DNA of 64,000 nt. Source: Deltaproteobacteria bacterium. GTDB lineage: Bacteria > Desulfobacterota > Binatia > DP-6. The notes below the pieces were generated by a model that made no database searches, was not told where the DNA came from, and saw only the letters and a list, made by a program, of their open reading frames with translations. Within the stretch, counting starts at the first letter, position 1. Every line of letters starts with the position of its first letter. The position numbers and the translations under genes are program-made. Shown piece after piece: positions 58,094 through 64,000 of this stretch. The stretch covers positions 286 through 64,285 of the forward strand of contig VBKJ01000135.1 in assembly GCA_005879795.1 (NCBI GenBank). The letters run 5' to 3'.

Positions 58094-59224
58094 TCAGCCG
58101 CGGAAGCGCGGCATGATCTCCTTCGCGAACAGCTCGATCGAGCGCATCACCTTCGCGTGCGGGATGCGGTCGGCCTGCATGAGCGCGATGAAGTGGTCGA
58201 GTCCCGCCTTCTGGTAGCGCTCGACCTTGCGCACGCAGTGGTCGACGTCGCCGACGATCACCATGTCCTCCCGGTCGAGGTCCTCGAAGGTGCATTCGCC
58301 GCGCTGCATCTTGACGATGATCGGGTACTCCCTGGCGATGAGATCGCGGTAGGGCGTCGACTTGATCTCGAGCTCGGCGTACTCGCGCTGCATGCCGCGC
58401 CCGCTCGGGTCGGCGAAGCCGCCGAGGACGCGGAAGGCGTAGAGGAGATAGTTGATCGCGGCCTCGGTGCCGCCGTTCGCGACCGCCGCCTCGTGCGTCT
58501 CGGCCACGTGCACGATCGTGAACGCGCCCACCCTGTCGTTGACGAACCTCCCGACCGGCTTCGCGTGTGCGAGCGCGGCGCGGTAGGCGCGCACGCGGTC
58601 GGCGAGCTGGGGGACGCTCACGAAGAGGGTGAGGCCGAGGATGCCGATCCCGTTGCCGCCGGCGATCTCCCAGGACTGCGGGCTGGTGGCCGCCATCCAG
58701 ATGGGCGGATGCGGCTTCTGGAGCGGCTTCGGGAGGATGCTCCGCGGCGGCACCGAGACGAACCGCCCCGCGTACTCGAACGGGTCCTCCGTCCACATGC
58801 GCGGGATCATCTCGAGCGACTCCTGCCACATCTCGCGCGAGAGCTCGGTGTCCACCTCGAAGCCCGCCTGCTCGAACTGGCTCGAGCGGCCGGTGCCGAA
58901 CTCGACCCGCCCGTCGGAGAGGATGTCGAGCGCCGCGACGCGCTCGGCGACGCGGATCGGGTGGTTGAACTTGTGCGGCAGGAGGACGACGCCGTGCCCG
59001 AGGCGGATGCGCCTCGTGCGCTGCGCGACCGCGGCGAGGAACACCTCGGGGGCGGAGGAGTGCGCGAACTCGTTCAGGAAGTGGTGCTCCACCTCCCACA
59101 CCGTGTCGTAGCCGAGCCGGTCGGCGAGCTCGATCTGCTCGAGCGCCTCGTGATAGCAGCGATACTCGCTGCGCTCGTCGTGCGGCTTCGGGGCCTGCAG
59201 CTCGTAGAGGAGGTCGAATTTCAT
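58094..59224 (-). CDS. LLM-class flavin-dependent oxidoreductase (luciferase-like)
   Basis: MKFDLLYE, EVEHHF, RVEFGTGR, PKPLQKPHPPIW. Start refined to 59224. Confidence 0.9.
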   Translation of the reverse strand: MKFDLLYELQAPKPHDERSEYRCYHEALEQIELADRLGYDTVWEVEHHFLNEFAHSSAPEVFLAAVAQRTRRIRLGHGVVLLPHKFNHPIRVAERVAALDILSDGRVEFGTGRSSQFEQAGFEVDTELSREMWQESLEMIPRMWTEDPFEYAGRFVSVPPRSILPKPLQKPHPPIWMAATSPQSWEIAGGNGIGILGLTLFVSVPQLADRVRAYRAALAHAKPVGRFVNDRVGAFTIVHVAETHEAAVANGGTEAAINYLLYAFRVLGGFADPSGRGMQREYAELEIKSTPYRDLIAREYPIIVKMQRGECTFEDLDREDMVIVGDVDHCVRKVERYQKAGLDHFIALMQADRIPHAKVMRSIELFAKEIMPRFRG

Positions 59225-59270
59225 GCCTGGCCGTATGCGCCAGCCGGGCGCGGTCCTGCAAGCGGCGGCC

Positions 59271-60101
59271 TCAGAGCCGGTGCCGCGCCAGGAACGGCCG
59301 TACCGCGCCGATGAAGCCGCTCGGGTTGTCACCCATCACCGAGTGGCCGGCGCCCGGCACCTCCACCACCGTGCTCCCCGCCAGCTCCCGCACGAAGCGC
59401 GCCGCCGCCTCGCGCGAGAGGATGGCGCTCTGCGCGCCGCGCACGAGGAGCGTCGGGCAGCGGATCTGCCGCACCTGCTCCCACAGGCGCTCGAAGTCCG
59501 CCTCCAGCCCACCGCCGCCGATGCCGGGGTCGAACTTGTAGCTCCAGCGGCCGTCGGCGCCCTGGCGGAGCGCGTGGCGGAGGCGGGCGCGGATGTTCTC
59601 GGCCGAGCGGAGGGGGTTGAACGCCTGGGCGCGCGCGACTGCCTCCTCGAACGACGCGAAGTCCCGCACCTGGAGCTGCGCCGCGATCGCCTTGCCGCCC
59701 GTCTGCGAGATGGTGGGTGTGACGTCGACCACGACCAGGCCGGCGATCCGCTCCGGGTGGGTCGCCGCGAAGGCGATCGAATTGAGGCCGCCCAGGCTGA
59801 GCGCCACGAGCGTCGCGCGCTCCCAGTTCCGGTCGTCGAGGAAGGCGCGGATGTCGGCCACGAAGTCGTCGCGGCGGTAGCGGCCCCCGGGCGCCCACTC
59901 GGTGTCGCCGTGGCCGCGCTGGTCGAGGGCGAGCACGTGGTGGTCGCGCGCCAGGTCGGGCGCGACCTCGTCCCAGCTGTGCGCGGTCTGCGCGCCGCCG
60001 TGGAGGAGGAGCGTGGGCGGCTCGCCCCGGGTGCCCCAGTCGAGGAAGTGGAAGCGCAGCCCGTTCAGGCTCGTCGTGCCGTCGGCGGGGGAGGCGGTCA
60101 T
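59271..60101 (-). CDS. Alpha/beta hydrolase
   Basis: LLHGG, DQRGHG, ALSLGG, GAGHS. Confidence 0.9.
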   Translation of the reverse strand: MTASPADGTTSLNGLRFHFLDWGTRGEPPTLLLHGGAQTAHSWDEVAPDLARDHHVLALDQRGHGDTEWAPGGRYRRDDFVADIRAFLDDRNWERATLVALSLGGLNSIAFAATHPERIAGLVVVDVTPTISQTGGKAIAAQLQVRDFASFEEAVARAQAFNPLRSAENIRARLRHALRQGADGRWSYKFDPGIGGGGLEADFERLWEQVRQIRCPTLLVRGAQSAILSREAAARFVRELAGSTVVEVPGAGHSVMGDNPSGFIGAVRPFLARHRL

Positions 60102-60141
60102 GACGCACGCCTAGCCCGGCGGGCCGCCGTCTGTCCAGGCG

Positions 60142-61404
60142 TTGACGCCCACCCCGGGGGCGGCTATCGCTCGGCCGGTGATCCCGGTCGGCGAGGCGCT
60201 CGCCACGGTGTGCGCGGCGGCCCCGGTGCTGGGCGACGAGCGCGTGACGCTCGCCCAGGCGCTCGGCCGCGTGGCGGCGGCCGACGTCGTCTCCGCGCGC
60301 GCCGTCCCGGCGGCGCCCAACTCGGCGATGGACGGCTTCGCCGTGCGGCACGCCGACCTGGCGAGCGCGCCCGCGTGCCTGCGCGTCGTCGCCGTCGAGC
60401 CGGCGGGCAGCGTCGTCGACACGCCCGTGGGGCCCGGCACGGCGGTCAAGCTCTTCACCGGCTCCGTGATCCCGCGCGGCGCCGACACCGTCGTCAAGGT
60501 CGAGGACACCGAGGAGCGCGCCGGCACGGTCGTGGTGCGCGCGGCACCCCCGTCCGGCGCGAACGTGCGCGCCGCGGGCGAGGACATCCGGCCCGGGCAG
60601 GTGGTGATTGCTGCCGGGACGGCGATCGGCCCCGCGGACCTGGGAGTGCTCGCCTCGATCGGCTGCGCGACGCTCGCCGTCCACCGCCGCCCGCGGGTCG
60701 CGATCCTGCCCACGGGCGCCGAGCTGGTCGAGGTGGATGAGACGCCGGGGCCGGGCCAGGTCGTCAACTCCAACGCCTACTCGCTCGCCGCCGCCGCGCG
60801 CGAGGCGGGTGCGGAGCCGCTCGTGCTGCCGATCGCGCGCGACCGCGCGGCCGACATCCGCGCCGGCCTCGCCCGGGCGCTCGACGCGGACGTCGTCCTC
60901 ACCAGCGGCGGCGTCTCGGTGGGCGAGCTCGACCTGGTGAAGGACGCGCTCGCCGCCGCCGGCGTCGAGCGGATCTTCTGGCAGGTGGCGCAGAAGCCGG
61001 GGCGGCCGCTCGTCTTCGGCCGTCGCGACGAGCGGCTCGTGTTCGGGCTTCCCGGCAATCCGGTCTCCGCGCTGGTGTGCTTCTACCTCTACGCGCGGCC
61101 GGCGCTCCGCCGCATGCAGGGCCATCGCCGGCTCCACCTGCCGGTGGTGCACGCGATGCTCGCCGCGCCCGCGCGCAAGGTGAAGGGCCTGACCGAGTTC
61201 CTGCGCGTCCGCCTCGAGGAGACGGGCGACGGGCCCGTCGCCACGGCGCTTGCCGCGCAGGGTTCCGGGGTGCTGAGCGCGCTCGGGAGCGGCGCGGCGC
61301 TGCTCGTCGGTCCGCCGGAGCTGGCGGAGCTGCCGGCCGGGAGCCGCTTTCCCGTGATCGTCCTCGGCGGGGCGACGCTCGCACGCGAGGCGCCGCCCTT
61401 CTGA
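60142..61404 (+). CDS. moeA: Molybdopterin molybdotransferase MoeA/Glp
   Basis: SAMDGFA, TGSVIPRGADTVV, GGVSVG, QKPGRP, GLPGNP. Confidence 0.93.
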   Translation: MTPTPGAAIARPVIPVGEALATVCAAAPVLGDERVTLAQALGRVAAADVVSARAVPAAPNSAMDGFAVRHADLASAPACLRVVAVEPAGSVVDTPVGPGTAVKLFTGSVIPRGADTVVKVEDTEERAGTVVVRAAPPSGANVRAAGEDIRPGQVVIAAGTAIGPADLGVLASIGCATLAVHRRPRVAILPTGAELVEVDETPGPGQVVNSNAYSLAAAAREAGAEPLVLPIARDRAADIRAGLARALDADVVLTSGGVSVGELDLVKDALAAAGVERIFWQVAQKPGRPLVFGRRDERLVFGLPGNPVSALVCFYLYARPALRRMQGHRRLHLPVVHAMLAAPARKVKGLTEFLRVRLEETGDGPVATALAAQGSGVLSALGSGAALLVGPPELAELPAGSRFPVIVLGGATLAREAPPF

Positions 61405-61478
61405 ATCCGGAGTGACGCAATCCATAGTGCAATCCTGGGCGTCGCGCGCCGGCCGCAAAGCTGCTAATCGGCACGCGC

Positions 61479-62240
61479 ATGGCGAGCGAGCGTGCCGAGA
61501 ACGCGACGGTCGGCGCGGCGCCCGCGGCGCGCGATGCGCACGGGCTCCGCGTCGCGCTCTCGCCCTACCTCTTCCGAGGCATGCTGGTCGGGATGGCGGC
61601 GGTCGCGGTCGGGCTCCACCGCGCCACGGGCAGCCGCGACCTCGCCTGGCGCTTCGCCAAGGCGCGGGCGCGGACCCTCACCTGGATGCTCGGCGTCGGG
61701 GTACGCGTGCATGGCCTCGAGCGCCTGGCGGGCGGCGGGCCCTTCGTGTTCACCCCGAACCACCAGAGCCATCTCGACATCCTCGTCCTGCTCGGCTTCC
61801 TGCCCGGCCGGACGCGCTTCGCGGCCAAGAAGGAGCTGTGGACGCACCCGGTCGTGGGCGCCGTCCTCGACACGCTCGGCATGGTGCCGATCGACCGCGA
61901 CCGCCCCGAGCGGGCGATCGACGCGCTCGATCGCGCGGCCGCCGAACGGCACTCGCTCGTGATCTTCCCGGAAGGCACACGCAGCCGGACGGGGCAGCTC
62001 CTGCCCTTCAAGAAGGGGGCCTTCGTGCTCGCCGCCGAGGCCGGGCTGCCGATCGTGCCCGTCGTCTGCCGCGGAACGCGGCGCCTCATGCCACGCGGCA
62101 GCCGGCTCGCGGTCCTTCCGGGCGAGGTGGAGATCGTGATCGAGGCGCCCATCCCGACCGCGGGCCTCGGCTACGCCGATCGCGACAGGCTCGCGGCGCG
62201 CGTGCGCGAGGTCATCGAGCGTCACCACACGGGCTGGTGA
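61479..62240 (+). CDS. Lysophospholipid acyltransferase (PlsC family)
   Basis: NHQSHLD, AKKEL, IFPEGTRS, PFKKG. Confidence 0.92.
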   Translation: MASERAENATVGAAPAARDAHGLRVALSPYLFRGMLVGMAAVAVGLHRATGSRDLAWRFAKARARTLTWMLGVGVRVHGLERLAGGGPFVFTPNHQSHLDILVLLGFLPGRTRFAAKKELWTHPVVGAVLDTLGMVPIDRDRPERAIDALDRAAAERHSLVIFPEGTRSRTGQLLPFKKGAFVLAAEAGLPIVPVVCRGTRRLMPRGSRLAVLPGEVEIVIEAPIPTAGLGYADRDRLAARVREVIERHHTGW

Positions 62241-62251
62241 GGGGCCGTGAG

Positions 62252-63283
62252 ATGAGCGCCATGCGCGCCGCCTTCTGCCACGCGGTCGGGAAGCTCGTCG
62301 TCGAGGAAGTGCCGCGCCCGACGCCCGGCCCCGGCGAGGTCGTGGTCCGGGTGCGCAACTGTGGTATCTGCGGCTCGGACCTGCACTGGTACCACGATCA
62401 GATGATGGTCCCGGCGGTCTGCCCCGGGCACGAGATCGCGGGCGAGGTGGCGGAGGTGGGCGCTGGGGTGACGGCGCTAAAGGCCGGCGATGCGGTCGCG
62501 ATCGAGGGGATCGCCTCGTGCGGCACGTGCCGCTACTGCCTCGCCGGCGACTACCAGCGCTGCCTCGCGATCGGCTTCGTCGGCCTGACGATCCCGGGCG
62601 GCTTCGCCGAGTACGTTCGCATGCCGGCCCGGCACTGCTTCCGCGTGCCGGCGGGCGTCGACTTCGCGACCGCGGCGCTCAGCGAGCCGCTCGGCGTGGC
62701 CGTGCACGGCGTGCGGCTCTCCGGGCTCGAGATCGGCCAGCGGGTCGCGGTGCTCGGCGCGGGGACGATCGGCCTCGCGGCGGTGGTCGCGGCGCGCGCC
62801 GGGGGCGCCGGCGAGATCGTCGTCGTCGCGCGACGCCCGCAGCAGAAGGCGGCGGCGATGGCGCTCGGCGCAGACCGCGTGATCGACGACGGCGATCCCG
62901 GCGGCCTCCTCGCGGATGCCGCCGACGCGCCGATCGATCTCGTGATCGAGACGGTTGGGGGCACCGCCGACACGCTCGACACCGCCGCGGCGGCCTGCCG
63001 CCCGGGCGGCACGATCTGCGTCCTCGGGGCGTTCACCAGGTCGCCGCCCTTCCCGGCGCTCTTCGTGCTCGCCAAGGAGCTCCGCGTGATCGGCTCCCTC
63101 GTCTACGGCCGCGCCGGCGCGCGCGCCGACTTCGACATCGCGCTTGACATCCTGCGCCGCCAGGGCCGGCGCATCGCCGAAACGCTCATCACGCACCGCT
63201 TCCCGCTCGCGGAGATCGGCACGGCCTTCGCAACCGCCGCCGACAAGACGACCGGGTCGATCAAGGTGACGATCGAGGCGTAG
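62252..63283 (+). CDS. Zinc-dependent alcohol dehydrogenase (MDR family)
   Basis: CGSDLH, GHE, CGTCRYC..G....C, GAGTIG. Confidence 0.93.
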   Translation: MSAMRAAFCHAVGKLVVEEVPRPTPGPGEVVVRVRNCGICGSDLHWYHDQMMVPAVCPGHEIAGEVAEVGAGVTALKAGDAVAIEGIASCGTCRYCLAGDYQRCLAIGFVGLTIPGGFAEYVRMPARHCFRVPAGVDFATAALSEPLGVAVHGVRLSGLEIGQRVAVLGAGTIGLAAVVAARAGGAGEIVVVARRPQQKAAAMALGADRVIDDGDPGGLLADAADAPIDLVIETVGGTADTLDTAAAACRPGGTICVLGAFTRSPPFPALFVLAKELRVIGSLVYGRAGARADFDIALDILRRQGRRIAETLITHRFPLAEIGTAFATAADKTTGSIKVTIEA

Positions 63284-63517
63284 GGACCGACCGAGCCAGG
63301 GCCTACGATTGCCTTGACCACCCCTTCGTCCGCGGCGTAGCGTCGCACGGGAAGAGCCGGAACGCGTGCAAGAGGGGGTGCGGGGCAACGTCTGATCAAC
63401 AACGCGCGGGCGTGCTGCGTCCTGACGATGCTGGACACGCCCGCGTTGGAGCGGAAGCGGACGTCCCGCCCGCGCGCCCCACCGCGCGCGCCATCAGCGG
63501 CGCTGCGGAGGAAGTCC

Positions 63518-64000
63518 ATGCCCACGATTCCGATTGGTAACGGTCTCCTCCGGGTCGCCTTCGCGAGCGTCCTGGCCGCGGCCTCGCAGCCCGAAGCCGC
63601 CTGCGCGAGCAACCGCGGCGCCGATACGACCGCGGTCGAGAACGTCCGCGCGCTGCTGTCGTCGGCGTGCAGGTGCACGGGGGCGACGTCGCACGGCCGG
63701 TACCTTCACTGTGCGAACGGCATCGTGCGCGCCGCGCTGTGGGGTGGATCGAAGGCACTGCGGCCCACCCCGTCGCCCGTGGCGCTCCGCCAGGAACCCG
63801 GCGGCGGCAGCCGCTGCATCGACACGACGGCGGTCGAGAGCGTCCGCGCGTTGGTGTCGTCGGCGTGTGAGGGCGTGGGGGCGCGGGCGCGCGGCCGATA
63901 CCTCCGCTGTGCGAAAGGCATCGTCCGCGCCTCGCTGCGCGCCGGACCGATACCACGGCCCGTCCCAGCGCCCGTGGCGTTCCGCCAGGAACCCGAGGGC
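63518..64000 (+). CDS. Secreted Cys-containing repeat protein (runs off the right edge; absent from the ORF track)
   Basis: GGAGGA SD, ATG 63518, open to 64000; hydrophobic leader, then two 66-aa units. Confidence 0.7.
   Translation, partial: MPTIPIGNGLLRVAFASVLAAASQPEAACASNRGADTTAVENVRALLSSACRCTGATSHGRYLHCANGIVRAALWGGSKALRPTPSPVALRQEPGGGSRCIDTTAVESVRALVSSACEGVGARARGRYLRCAKGIVRASLRAGPIPRPVPAPVAFRQEPEG
63623..64000 (+). repeat. Imperfect 198 bp tandem repeat
   Basis: GATACGACCGCGGTCGAG at 63623 recurs as GACACGACGGCGGTCGAG at 63821; CCGCCAGGAACCCG also recurs. Confidence 0.85.

Noticed and set aside
63623-64000. Tandem repeat as a CRISPR array
   Set aside because: The 198 bp units are imperfect, in frame and coding; no short repeat-spacer pattern and no cas genes.

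Overview
Very GC-rich bacterial chromosome segment. The gene order (ppiD divergent from mreBCD-mrdA-rodA; mlaFEDAC), a delta-proteobacterial-type BirA operator, sigma54 systems, F420-type LLM genes and Cys-rich secreted proteins suggest a Deltaproteobacteria/Binatia-like soil organism (inference). Left to right: a truncated response regulator and two tandem paralogous membrane histidine kinases, divergent from an AurF-like diiron oxygenase, P450 and SDR; bioF-bioA-bioD with a BirA palindrome overlapping the radA start; radA coupled to an APC permease; the mla operon; a resolvase-like remnant; acyltransferase and deacetylase genes; MarR-ClC; receiver protein, DedA and an NtrC-type two-component system followed by an orphan sigma54 promoter; ppiD and the mre/mrd cell-shape operon; trxA; three small Pro/Tyr-rich secreted proteins; a 6.3 kb integrase-less island bounded by a 26 bp repeat of the tRNA-Leu(CAA) 3' end (hydrolase fused to a PadR remnant, Cys-rich GH3 glucosidase); HEAT, J-domain and DUF309 genes; and a lipid/redox cluster (thioesterase, SDR, GNAT, MFS, acyl-CoA dehydrogenase pair, LLM oxidoreductases, moeA, acyltransferase, ADH). 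Inside that cluster are two secreted paralogs that keep all six copper ligands of PHM/DBH-type monooxygenases, the best candidate for an undescribed system. A secreted Cys-repeat ORF runs off the right end. Several start codons were refined by hand from the ORF track. Family calls rest on motif recognition, with no database search.
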